Source: Nocardioides sp.
GTDB taxonomy: Bacteria; Actinomycetota; Actinomycetes; Propionibacteriales; Nocardioidaceae
Direction: 5' to 3'
Length of the DNA stretch: 64,000 nt
NCBI GenBank assembly: GCA_017354415.1
Contig: JAFMQY010000001.1
Span: 28 to 64,027, forward strand
Numbering within the stretch: position 1 is the stretch's first letter; every line of letters starts with the position of its first letter. The notes beneath the pieces were generated by a model. That model had not been told where the DNA came from. It saw nothing but the letters and a program-made list of their open reading frames with translations, and made no database searches. The translations under genes and the position numbers were made by a program. Positions 29,212 to 38,351 of the stretch are shown here, piece after piece.

Positions 29212-29264
29212 AACCCCCCAGGGGGATGCGTCCGGGAACCGTAACACAACCCCCTAGGGGGATA
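29211..29264. promoter_or_regulatory. Two C-tract/G-tract palindromes, CsoR/RcnR-family-like operators
   Basis: TAACCCCCCAGGGGGATG (29211-29228) and AACCCCCTAGGGGGATA (29248-29264) directly upstream of the mmpL start. Confidence 0.6.
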
Positions 29265-29390
29265 CGAAATCGCAGGGTGACGACCACAGGGAACAAGGGG
29301 GCCGGGTTCTCCGGTTCTGCCTGGGAAGCAGTCGTGCCAACCGACTAGCGTTGGTTCGAAGTCGACGATGGATGTTCGGAAGGGGTCCAC

Positions 29391-29939
29391 ATGGGCAACT
29401 GGCAGCTTGACCCGTACCACACTCAGGTCGAGTTCTCGGCGAAGCATCTGGGGATGATGACGGTTCGAGGGCATTTCACCGACGTGACGTCTACGGCCGA
29501 GATCGACCCGGACCATCTCGAGAACATGCGGGTCGAGGTCACCATCCAGGCGGCCAGCATCAAGACACACCACGAGGTCCGCGACAAGGACCTGCGCTCG
29601 GAGAACTTCCTGGAGACGGATACGTACCCGGTCATCACGTTCACCAGCACCGGGGTGGAGTCGACCGGGCAGGACCAGTACACCGTCACCGGCGATCTCA
29701 CCGTCAAGGGCAACACCAAGCCCGTGGTGTTGGAGATGACCCGGCTGGGCGAGTTCAACGACCCGATGATGGGCCACCGGATCGGCTACAGCGGACGCGC
29801 GAAGATCAACCGGAAGGAGTTCGGCCTGAGCTTCAACGCCATGCTGGACGGCCGGCTGGTGGTCAGCGACGAGATCCAGATCATGCTCGAGGGCGAGCTG
29901 GTCGAACAGGTACAGGAGGCAGAAGAGGCGGCAACCTGA
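29391..29939 (+). CDS. YceI family (polyisoprenoid-binding) protein
   Basis: WQLDPYHTQVEFSAKHL, RDKDLRSENFL, GDLTVKG, INRKEFGL. Confidence 0.92.
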   Translation: MGNWQLDPYHTQVEFSAKHLGMMTVRGHFTDVTSTAEIDPDHLENMRVEVTIQAASIKTHHEVRDKDLRSENFLETDTYPVITFTSTGVESTGQDQYTVTGDLTVKGNTKPVVLEMTRLGEFNDPMMGHRIGYSGRAKINRKEFGLSFNAMLDGRLVVSDEIQIMLEGELVEQVQEAEEAAT

Positions 29940-30036
29940 CCCGGAGCGCCTTCGTGACGTAGCGACCGCGCGCTGAGGTCCTTGTCCTCTGCCCCTGGGC
30001 CCACGGCGGCGACACACTGAGAACCGGAGGTGCGTC

Positions 30037-30924
30037 ATGCTTCGGTTCGAAGGGGCGGTGAAGCACTTCGGAGCGCTGACCGCCCTGGACGGCTGCACCT
30101 TCGTGGCGCGACCGGGTCGGCTGACCGGGTTTCTCGGTCCCAACGGCGCGGGCAAGACGACCGCCATGCGCGCGGTCTTCGGGCTGGTGACACTGGACGC
30201 CGGGACCGTCACGTGGCGCGGGGACCCCATCCGCGCGGCGGGGCGCTCGCGGTTCGGGTACATGCCGGAGGAACGAGGCCTGTACCCGCGGATGCACGTG
30301 CGGGAGCAGTTGCTGTACCTCGGCGAGCTCTGCGGGCGTCCGGCCGCCGACGTCGGTCGCGTCGCGGATCGGTGGCTCGAGCAGCTCGGGCTCTCGTCCC
30401 GTGCTGACGCCAGGGTCGACGAGCTGTCCCACGGCAACCAGCAGCGCGTGCAGCTGATCGCGGCACTGGTCAACCAGCCCGATGTACTCGTCCTCGACGA
30501 GCCGTTCGCCGGCCTCGACCCCCTGGCCATGGATGCCATGGGGGGTCTGCTGGAGGAGCTGGCGACTACCGGGGTCACGGTGCTGTTCTCAAGCCATCAG
30601 CTCGACCTCGTCGAGGACCTGTGCCACGACGTGGTCATCCTCGATCACGGTCGGGTCGTCCTCGCCGGCGAGCTCGAGGAGCTCCGAGCCGCGTCGACGC
30701 AACGCGTCGTCGACATCAGGTTCCGGGGCCGGGAGCCACGGTGGGGTGAGCTGCGGCACGTGCAGGTCCGAGAGAGCAGTGACGGACACGTCAGGCTCAG
30801 CGTGGACCGAGCCCAGCACCTGCAGGCCCTTCTCGCGCAGCTGCACGGCTCCGACGAGGTCGTGTCCTTCAGCTACCAGCCGCCCACCCTTTCCGACCTG
30901 TTCACGCGGGCGGTGGCGTCATGA
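30037..30924 (+). CDS. ABC-2 type exporter ATP-binding subunit
   Basis: GPNGAGKTT, LSHGNQQR, VLDEPF, SSH. Confidence 0.93.
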   Translation: MLRFEGAVKHFGALTALDGCTFVARPGRLTGFLGPNGAGKTTAMRAVFGLVTLDAGTVTWRGDPIRAAGRSRFGYMPEERGLYPRMHVREQLLYLGELCGRPAADVGRVADRWLEQLGLSSRADARVDELSHGNQQRVQLIAALVNQPDVLVLDEPFAGLDPLAMDAMGGLLEELATTGVTVLFSSHQLDLVEDLCHDVVILDHGRVVLAGELEELRAASTQRVVDIRFRGREPRWGELRHVQVRESSDGHVRLSVDRAQHLQALLAQLHGSDEVVSFSYQPPTLSDLFTRAVAS

Positions 30925-32324
30925 CCGGGTGGGGCCAGGGATGGCTCGTGGCGCGCCGCGAGATCCGCGAGCGCAGTCGCACACGTGGGTTCCGGGTGAG
31001 CCTGGTGTTGATGGTGGTCGTCGTCGTCGCCCTCGTCGCACTCCCAGGCCTCTTCCGGAGCGGCGACACGACCAAGACCGTGGGAGTGGTCGGGACCACC
31101 CCTCTGACGTTCACCCAGCTGCTGGTCGCACAGGGCGATGCCGCCGACACGGGCATCGAGGTGTACGGCTTCGACGCTCTGCCGACCGGTCAGGAGGCCC
31201 TCCGAGACCACCAGGTCGACGTACTGGTCGTGAACACACGGACTCTCCAGTGGCGAGACAAGACGGACCCGTCCCTGCAAACGTTGATCACCACCGCGAT
31301 CCATGTCTCGGTCGTTCAACAGCGTGCAGCCGCAGCGGGAATCGACTCCGCGACGACCGCCGAGCTGCTCGCGCCCGTACCCGTCTCGAACACCGCCATC
31401 GGCGCGGTAGCCGGACGAAGCGCGGGTGATGCCACCGCCGCGGCACTGATGACCATGGCCTTGATGGCTGCGATCGTCATCTACGGCAACCTGGTGCTCA
31501 CGGGAGTGGTGGAGGAGAAGTCGACCCGTGTCGTTGAGGTGCTGCTGGCCCGGGTTCCGGCCAGGGCCCTCCTGGCAGGCAAGGTGGTCGGCATCGGGCT
31601 TCTCGGGTTCTTCCAGCTCGCGGTCACCGCACTCGCGGCCTTCGTGGCGTCCATCCCCGGCGACTCCGTGGACCTGCCGGCAGTTTCCGGGGGCGTCCTG
31701 GCCTGGGTGGTCGCCTGGTTCCTCCTCGGCTACGCCCTCTACGCCATGATGTACGGCGCCCTGGGGTCGTTGGCCTCACGCACGGAAGATGCGCAGAACG
31801 TGGCGGGTCCCGTCAGCTACGTGATGATCGCCGGCTACTGGGCGTCGTTGTTCGCGATCAGCCAAGACCCTGAGGGGCTGTGGTCCCGACTTCTCTCGCT
31901 GTTCCCCGCGACGGCGCCCCTGGCCATGCCCGGCCGGATCGCCCTCGGGGCCACCACCTGGTGGGAGCCACTCGTGGCGGTGGCCCTGATCCTCGCCGCG
32001 ATCGCCGGCCTCGTCATGGTGGCGGGACGGGTCTATGGCAATGCCATCCTGCATTCCGGTGCCACGCTGAAGCTGCGGGACGCCTGGCGTGCCTCCCAGG
32101 GCAGCGCCCGTGGCGCAACGTCGACGCAGGTCGAGAAGGTGACGCAGATGCTGTCAACACCGCAGGCTTCCAGGATCCTGGCGGTCGCCGCGATCGTCCT
32201 GGGCGTGCTCACGTCGGTCGTGATCTTCGCCTTGACGAGGGACGTCGTCTGGAGCCTGGTCCCGCTCTTGCTCACCATCGGGGCTGTCCGTGGTCTGCGT
32301 CATCGCGCAGGGCGGCACGGGTGA
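30921..32324 (+). CDS. ABC-2 type exporter permease (NatB/YhaP-like)
   Basis: WLVARREIRER, extracellular loop, VVEEKSTRVVEVLL, multiple TMs. ATGA coupling to the ATPase gene. Confidence 0.9.
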   Translation: MTGWGQGWLVARREIRERSRTRGFRVSLVLMVVVVVALVALPGLFRSGDTTKTVGVVGTTPLTFTQLLVAQGDAADTGIEVYGFDALPTGQEALRDHQVDVLVVNTRTLQWRDKTDPSLQTLITTAIHVSVVQQRAAAAGIDSATTAELLAPVPVSNTAIGAVAGRSAGDATAAALMTMALMAAIVIYGNLVLTGVVEEKSTRVVEVLLARVPARALLAGKVVGIGLLGFFQLAVTALAAFVASIPGDSVDLPAVSGGVLAWVVAWFLLGYALYAMMYGALGSLASRTEDAQNVAGPVSYVMIAGYWASLFAISQDPEGLWSRLLSLFPATAPLAMPGRIALGATTWWEPLVAVALILAAIAGLVMVAGRVYGNAILHSGATLKLRDAWRASQGSARGATSTQVEKVTQMLSTPQASRILAVAAIVLGVLTSVVIFALTRDVVWSLVPLLLTIGAVRGLRHRAGRHG

Positions 32325-32334
32325 TCGTCGCCGC

Positions 32335-33261
32335 TCACGACACGAACGGCACGACCGCGACGGTCAGGAACAGCAGCGTCAGGTACAGGTTGGACAGGTG
32401 GAAAAGGCGCAAGGGCCGAAGTGTTGCGAGCTCGTCGGACGTCGACGCCCGGCGCAACAGCTGCCAGGACTCGCTCACGAGCACCGCACCGAGGACGAGC
32501 GCGACGCCCGGGTAGAGGACTCCGGTGCCAGCTACCGGCCACAGGAGCAGTGACGTCAGGAGCGTGACGATCGAGTATCCGAGGATCTGGCGGGCAACCG
32601 TACGGGTCGGTGCGACCGAGGGGAGCATGGGCACACCCGCGCTTGCGTAGTCCTCCCGGTAGCGGATCGCCAAGGCCCAGAAATGAGGGGGCGTCCAGAA
32701 GAAGACGACGAGGAAGAGCACGAACGGCGCCCACCCCAGGCTGCCGCGTACGGCGGTCCACCCGATGAGCGCGGGGAAGCATCCTGCGACACCGCCCCAG
32801 ACGATGTTCTGTGCGGTTCGCGGCTTGAGCAGGACCGTGTAGCCGACCACGTAGAACGCGTTGGCTGCCAGCGCCAGCGCCGCGGAGAGCCAGTTGACGA
32901 GGAGGCCGAGGACGAGGGTCGAGACGACCGCGAGCATCAGGCCGAAGACGAGCGCGTCGCGTCGGGATACCTGGTCGCGGGCCAGTGGACGTCTGCGTGT
33001 CCGGCGCATGCGAGCATCGATGTCGGCATCGACGACGCAGTTGAGCGCATTCGCACTGCCCGCCGACAGGCTGCCGCCGACCAGCGTGGCGACCACGAGT
33101 CCGAGCGGCGGTACGCCGTCTTGCGCCAGGAACATCACCGGCAGTGTCGTCAGCAGCAGCAGCTCGATGATGCGGGGCTTCATCAGGGCGACGTACGCCG
33201 CGACGAGTCCCCGCATGCTCACGACGCGCACGCCACCCTCGATCTTCAGCTCCGCTGTCAT
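32335..33261 (-). CDS. ctaB: Heme O synthase (protoheme IX farnesyltransferase)
   Basis: LMKPRII, DADIDARMRRTRRRP, FFWTPPHFWAL, DYASAGVPMLP. Confidence 0.95.
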   Translation of the reverse strand: MTAELKIEGGVRVVSMRGLVAAYVALMKPRIIELLLLTTLPVMFLAQDGVPPLGLVVATLVGGSLSAGSANALNCVVDADIDARMRRTRRRPLARDQVSRRDALVFGLMLAVVSTLVLGLLVNWLSAALALAANAFYVVGYTVLLKPRTAQNIVWGGVAGCFPALIGWTAVRGSLGWAPFVLFLVVFFWTPPHFWALAIRYREDYASAGVPMLPSVAPTRTVARQILGYSIVTLLTSLLLWPVAGTGVLYPGVALVLGAVLVSESWQLLRRASTSDELATLRPLRLFHLSNLYLTLLFLTVAVVPFVS

Positions 33262-33800
33262 GACGCCGCCTTCCTGAGAGCCTGGTGCAACATGTCGGGG
33301 CTCAGTGGCCCCACGACGCGAGCCACCACGATGCCGTCGGCGGTCACGATCAGCGCGCTGGGAATGCCGTTCTGCGGGAGCATCCGAAGCCCGCCGAGCA
33401 GGCGTCCGTCAGGGTCGTGGAGGCTCGGGTAGGTGACGCCGTGATCGTCGGCGAAGGCGAGGGCACGGCTGGCGCTGTCTCGCTCATCGATCCCGAGCAC
33501 CCGGACCCCCTGTCGGGCGGCCCGGGCGAGGAGAGGAAGCTCCTGACGGCACGGGTAGCACCAGGACGCCCAGACGTCGACGACGAGCGGCGACCCCGCG
33601 GCGTAGGACGACGCGGTCAAGCTCCGGCCCGACAGTGTGGTGCCCGCCAGTGCGGGCAGCCTGACACGGTCGCGGGGGGAGAAGACCGTGAGCCCCACCG
33701 TCGAGCCCGAGTGGCTCTGCCGACCAGCGCTCGAGCTGCACGAGGGTGCGAGGACGGCCAGGAGCCCCAGCATGAGGAGCACGGCAAGCGGCCTGATCAC
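33258..33800 (-). CDS. TlpA/ResA-like thiol-disulfide oxidoreductase, probable lipoprotein
   Basis: DVWASWCYPCRQELP. Signal peptide with Cys (LAPSC). Start GTG 33800 overlaps the SCO stop. Confidence 0.88.
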   Translation of the reverse strand: MIRPLAVLLMLGLLAVLAPSCSSSAGRQSHSGSTVGLTVFSPRDRVRLPALAGTTLSGRSLTASSYAAGSPLVVDVWASWCYPCRQELPLLARAARQGVRVLGIDERDSASRALAFADDHGVTYPSLHDPDGRLLGGLRMLPQNGIPSALIVTADGIVVARVVGPLSPDMLHQALRKAAS

Positions 33801-34549
33801 TGCGAACCGCCCCCCAGCATCCAGTCGAGCGCCTTGGTCACCTGGGCCGGCGTCCAGGCCCCGGAGTCCGGGGCCTGCGCGTTGCGGTGCCCGAGCCCGT
33901 CCATGAAGTGGAAGATGCGCTGGGGGATCCGCTGGGGCTTGACGCTCCCCGGACCCTCCATCTCGTACCGGTAATGCTGTGCGCCGTTGATGAAGACGAG
34001 CTCGTCGGTGTGCGCGATGTCCGTGGTCAGCGGACGGCCGGTCAGCCAGTCGGTCGGGTACGGCGGGTGCAGCCGGATCTGGTGACGCCAGACGCCCAGC
34101 CGCGACCACAGGCTGTTGACGACGGTGGGAGACCCGCGCAGCGCGGTCCAGTTGGCGAGCGCCCCGAACTGGTGTCGATAGGCACGCAGGTGGCGCAGGT
34201 CATCGCGTTGCGGGTCGATCGTCAGACTCACGAACTCCACGTCCTTGCCCACGCGCGTGCGGTCGACCTGCCGGGCTGCGGCCAGCATGCTCGCGGTCAC
34301 CAGGGGGCAGGTCTCCTGGCACAGGGTCATCACATCCGACAGGACGATGATCTTGCCGCGCCACTGGCCCAGCGTGACGTGATGACCGTTCTGGTCGACC
34401 AGGGGCGCGTCGAGGATCGTCTGCGGAACGGGCGCGTCGAGAACCGTGCCGAAGCCTGGCGCAGCCGGCGTGGCGGCCGCGTCCTCGTGGCCGGACGCTG
34501 CGCCGCATCCGGCCGTCGCAGCGGCCACTGCGGTGAGAAGCAGAGCCAA
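33797..34549 (-). CDS. SCO1/SenC family copper chaperone, lipoprotein
   Basis: TLCQETCPL (CxxxC), LTIDPQRD, DIAHTD His, lipobox TAGC. Start approximate. Confidence 0.88.
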   Translation of the reverse strand: MALLLTAVAAATAGCGAASGHEDAAATPAAPGFGTVLDAPVPQTILDAPLVDQNGHHVTLGQWRGKIIVLSDVMTLCQETCPLVTASMLAAARQVDRTRVGKDVEFVSLTIDPQRDDLRHLRAYRHQFGALANWTALRGSPTVVNSLWSRLGVWRHQIRLHPPYPTDWLTGRPLTTDIAHTDELVFINGAQHYRYEMEGPGSVKPQRIPQRIFHFMDGLGHRNAQAPDSGAWTPAQVTKALDWMLGGGSQ

Positions 34550-34591
34550 GACGATTCCGCGCAGTCGGCCAACGCTGTACGGTGATCCACC

Positions 34592-35452
34592 GTGCAGGAG
34601 GTCGGGTCGCTGCTGAGCGCGTGGGAACCCGCCCCGCTTCCGTGGCTCGGATGTCTCGTCTTCGCCCTGGTGTACGTCGCGGCCGCGCGCAGTGTGACCG
34701 CTCGGACGCCGACCCAGCCGTGGCCGGCGTCCCAGACCGTGTGCTGGCTGGCCGGGACGTTCATCGTGTGGGTCTCCCTGGTGGGTCCGCCCGGCGCCTG
34801 GGACGATGTCTACTTCTACGCGCACATGACCCAGCACATCCTGCTGACCAGTCTCGCCGCGCCGCTCCTGGTGCTCGGGGATCCGATCCTCCTGCTGGCG
34901 AGGTTCGGCAGACCCGACTGGCGTCGCCGTCGTCTGGTGCCGGTGCTGCGCAGTGACACCCTCCGGTTCCTGACCCACCCGGTGACGGGGTGGGTGGTGT
35001 TCGTCGGGGTGATGGGCCTGAGCCACATCCCGGCCGTGTACGACTTCGCCCTCGACCACCCGGCGGTGCACGACTACGTCGAGCACCCCCTCTACCTGGC
35101 GGCGGGGATGCTGTACTTCTACCCGCTGCTGGTGGCGACAGCGGGCCGGCAGGTGCGGCACTGGGTGCGCATCGTGTCGCTGTTCACCTCGATGGTGTTC
35201 ATGGCCTTCCTCGGGTTCTTCATCTTCGCCCTGCCGAGCGTCGCCTACCCGTTCTACGCCCACACCGACCGTCCGTTCTCACCCGGGCCGCTGGCCGACC
35301 AGCATGCGGCCGGCATCCTGATGTGGTCGGGGTCGATGGTCGTCAGTGTGGTGTGGCTGGTGGTGGCCGGCCACAACTGGCTGATGGCCGAGGAGCGGCG
35401 TACTGCGCGGGAAGCCGTGCGTGCGGCTGCCGGAACGGAGCCTGCCGTATGA
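34592..35452 (+). CDS. Cytochrome c oxidase assembly protein, CtaG (Caa3_CtaG) type
   Basis: FYAHMTQHILL...APLLVLG, HDYVEH, DQHAAGILMW. Confidence 0.88.
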   Translation: MQEVGSLLSAWEPAPLPWLGCLVFALVYVAAARSVTARTPTQPWPASQTVCWLAGTFIVWVSLVGPPGAWDDVYFYAHMTQHILLTSLAAPLLVLGDPILLLARFGRPDWRRRRLVPVLRSDTLRFLTHPVTGWVVFVGVMGLSHIPAVYDFALDHPAVHDYVEHPLYLAAGMLYFYPLLVATAGRQVRHWVRIVSLFTSMVFMAFLGFFIFALPSVAYPFYAHTDRPFSPGPLADQHAAGILMWSGSMVVSVVWLVVAGHNWLMAEERRTAREAVRAAAGTEPAV

Positions 35453-35793
35453 GCAGCTCGTCGCCCGGACCCACGTGGCGCTATCACGTCTTCTTCTCGT
35501 GCGCCGTCATCGTGTGCCTGGCGGCCGGCTGGTTCGAGCTGGGCCGCGCTCGAAGCGGTCGTGAGATCGCGTGGGTGTACACCTTCGAATGGCCGGCGTT
35601 CGCCGCGGTGTTCGTGTTCATGTGGTGGCGTGTGGTCGCGGACCGACCGACCCGCCGACCGGCGCCGCCGGGTGGCGGCACCGGCCGCGACGTGATCCCC
35701 GACGACGACCCGGGGCTGCGGGCCTGGCGGAACTACCTCGCAGAGCTGGAGCATGACGACGACGGCACAGACCGCGCACCGGGATCCGGCTGA
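35449..35793 (+). CDS. Conserved small membrane protein of unknown function
   Basis: GWFELGRARSG...WVYTFEWPAFA. ATGA coupling with ctaG. 3' end overlaps the coxC-like gene by 61 bp. Confidence 0.6.
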   Translation: MSSSSPGPTWRYHVFFSCAVIVCLAAGWFELGRARSGREIAWVYTFEWPAFAAVFVFMWWRVVADRPTRRPAPPGGGTGRDVIPDDDPGLRAWRNYLAELEHDDDGTDRAPGSG

Positions 35794-36404
35794 TCCTTGG
35801 CCAACGGGCAGCCGACCGTGCCGTTGGCGACCGAGATCGTCAGCGTGCCCACGAACGCCGCCACGCACACCCACGTGTACCAGATCCCCACGATCCGGAC
35901 GTGCCAGTCACGTGCGCCCCGATTGGCCCCGCGCTGCCGCCGGATCGCGATCCCGAGTCCCAGGAAGACTGTCAGGGCGAGGTGGAAGACATTGGCTGCT
36001 GTGATGATCCAGACCGCAGCGGAGTAGGCGTTGTCGCTGACCGTGAACGGGAACTGGTACATCTGGACGATGGTCAGCACCAGTGCCACGGCCATCCCCG
36101 CCACCGACACCGCCACGCCGTTTGCGAAGCTGCCGCGCAGCTGCGTCCAGTAGGCCAGCGCCGACAGCACCATCACCGCCGAGACGGTCCAGGGCCACCA
36201 GAGGGTGGCGACGCCGGTACCGCCGGGGTGGAACGAACCCTGGGTGTCGAGCGCACGCAGGTACAGGAAGCTGAACGAGAGCGCCGCGACGAACGCCGCA
36301 TCGGCCAGGATCAGCAGCAGTGCCCCGACCCGCCATCTCTCACCGAAGTCGTGAGGCTCCTCGGGTGCGAAGGCTTCCTTGTTGACCAGCGACTCGGTGC
36401 TCAT
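35733..36404 (-). CDS. Heme-copper oxidase subunit III-like (short, divergent)
   Basis: About 5 TM, YSAAVW...NVFHLAL...G, C-terminal WYTWV. ATGA coupling to subunit I. Confidence 0.75.
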   Translation of the reverse strand: MSTESLVNKEAFAPEEPHDFGERWRVGALLLILADAAFVAALSFSFLYLRALDTQGSFHPGGTGVATLWWPWTVSAVMVLSALAYWTQLRGSFANGVAVSVAGMAVALVLTIVQMYQFPFTVSDNAYSAAVWIITAANVFHLALTVFLGLGIAIRRQRGANRGARDWHVRIVGIWYTWVCVAAFVGTLTISVANGTVGCPLAKDQPDPGARSVPSSSCSSSAR

Positions 36405-38329
36405 GCCGGGGCTCCTGGAACGTCGGCTTCAGCCCCGGCCGACGCCGGCACTGGTTCGGGCTCTGACTCGGGGACCGGTTCCTCGCCGTACCCGTAGGCG
36501 TCCTCCGTGACAACCGGCAGGACTGCGAAGTTCTCCAGCGGGATCGGGTTCGGAACGGTCCACTCGAGCGTCTTGGCACCCCACGGGTTCATCGGCGCCA
36601 GGTCTCCGTGGCGCCAGGAGCTGATCACGTCGTACAGCAGGACCAGCATGCCGATGCCGATGCAGTAGGCGCCCAGCGTGGAGATCGTGTTGCCCGTGTG
36701 GAAGCTGGCGTCGTAGTGCACGACTCGGCGGGGCTGTCCTTGGAGGCCGACCATGAACATCCCGAGGAAGGTCACGTTGAAACCGATCTGCACGAGCCAG
36801 AAGGAGACGAACGCCGGAGTGTTGCCGAGCATCCGTCCTGTCATCTTGGGGAACCAGTAGCCCAGTGCCCCCATCGCTCCGGTCAGACCGGCTCCCATCA
36901 GGGTGTAGTGGAAGTGGGCGGTCACGAACATCGACCCGTGGAGCTGGTAGTCCAGCGGCACGTCCGACAGGTAGATGCCGGTGATGCCACCGATGATGAA
37001 GTTCCACAGCATGGCGTAGGTGCACATCATCGGGAAGGCGGTCCAGATGCGACCACGCCAGATCGTGCCCAGGATGACGAGGAACAGGCCGCCTGTGGGG
37101 ATGGAGATCATCTCCGTGGTGAGCATGAAGGGACCGTTCAGGTCCGGGGCCCAGCCGGAGGCGAACATGTGGTGGGCCCACACCGTCGCGCTGAGTCCGA
37201 CGATCGCGATGATCGAGAGCACGGCGATCCGGAAGCTGAACAGCGGCTTGCGCGCGAACACCGCTGTCAGCTCCATCAATGCGGTGACCGCGGGGATCAG
37301 GATGACGTAGACCTCCGGGTGGCCCATCAGCCAGAAGAGGTTCTGGTACAGCCAGGGCTGGCCACCTCGGTTGGGCACGTAGAAGCCGCCGCCCATGACC
37401 CGGTCGACGAAGAGCAGGAGCTCTGCGGCCATGAAGAACGGGAAGGCCGGCAGCGCGAGCACCACGCTGGCGAGCACGCCGTACACGAAGATGGGCGTGC
37501 GGGTCCACGTCATGCCGCGGGCTCGCATGGTCACGATCGTGGTCGTGATGTTCATGCCGGCCACGGCAGTGGAGACCGCGAACACCAGGATCGCCATCAT
37601 GTAGGCGTCGACTCCGGGAGGGCCCTGGTCGGCGATCGGTGTGTACCCGACCCAGCCCATCGGGATGCCGCCCAGGAAGGCCGCCGAGTACAGGATCGGG
37701 AGCATGGCCACGAGGAGCCAGAAGCTGAGTGCGTTGAGCCGCGGGAACGCCATGTCCCGGGCACCGATCATCAGCGGCACCACGAAGTTCCCGAACGGGC
37801 CGGTGACCATGATGATCGTCGCCAGGATCATGGTCAGGCCGTGCAGGCCGACCAGAGAGTTGTAGGTCTGGGGGCCCAGGAAGCCGCTGTTCGGCGAGAT
37901 GAGGTCCGTCCGGATCAGCATGGCCATGGATCCACCGGCTCCGAGCATCACCATCACCAACACGAGGTACTGGATGCCGACGACCTTGTGGTCGGTGGTG
38001 AAGCGGAAGTACCGACCGACTCCCTGGTCCTTGCCGGCGAGGAAGAGCTCGTCGGCGTGCGTGAGATCGCGTCCGACCAGCCACCGAAACGGGCCCGTGA
38101 AGGCACCCATGCCGAGCAGGAAGCCGACCGCCCAGCCGAACATGGTGAACACGGCACGCACGTCGGGCTCGTGGGTGTGTCCGTCCGCGAGCTTCTTCGC
38201 GAGGACGTTGGCGACGACCGCGAGGACGATGCCGGCGATGATTCCGGTGCCCACGTTGAGGCGCCGCATGATCCCGCCGTGCGGTGCGACCGGCGAGGGA
38301 TCGGTCTTGTAGATGTCCGCGGTTGTCAC
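36401..38329 (-). CDS. Heme-copper oxidase subunit I, A-type with atypical K-channel
   Basis: TTDHKVVG, LHG, DMAFPRLN, GHPEVY, WAHHMF, AHFHY, PRR. AGGAGA RBS before GTG 38329. Confidence 0.95.
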   Translation of the reverse strand: MTTADIYKTDPSPVAPHGGIMRRLNVGTGIIAGIVLAVVANVLAKKLADGHTHEPDVRAVFTMFGWAVGFLLGMGAFTGPFRWLVGRDLTHADELFLAGKDQGVGRYFRFTTDHKVVGIQYLVLVMVMLGAGGSMAMLIRTDLISPNSGFLGPQTYNSLVGLHGLTMILATIIMVTGPFGNFVVPLMIGARDMAFPRLNALSFWLLVAMLPILYSAAFLGGIPMGWVGYTPIADQGPPGVDAYMMAILVFAVSTAVAGMNITTTIVTMRARGMTWTRTPIFVYGVLASVVLALPAFPFFMAAELLLFVDRVMGGGFYVPNRGGQPWLYQNLFWLMGHPEVYVILIPAVTALMELTAVFARKPLFSFRIAVLSIIAIVGLSATVWAHHMFASGWAPDLNGPFMLTTEMISIPTGGLFLVILGTIWRGRIWTAFPMMCTYAMLWNFIIGGITGIYLSDVPLDYQLHGSMFVTAHFHYTLMGAGLTGAMGALGYWFPKMTGRMLGNTPAFVSFWLVQIGFNVTFLGMFMVGLQGQPRRVVHYDASFHTGNTISTLGAYCIGIGMLVLLYDVISSWRHGDLAPMNPWGAKTLEWTVPNPIPLENFAVLPVVTEDAYGYGEEPVPESEPEPVPASAGAEADVPGAPA

Positions 38330-38351
38330 GGCCTTGTCTCCTGTCGCTCGC

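Noticed and set aside
36401-38329. Nitric oxide reductase
   Set aside because: It retains the HPEVY cross-link Tyr, the three CuB His, the D-channel and a CuA subunit II.
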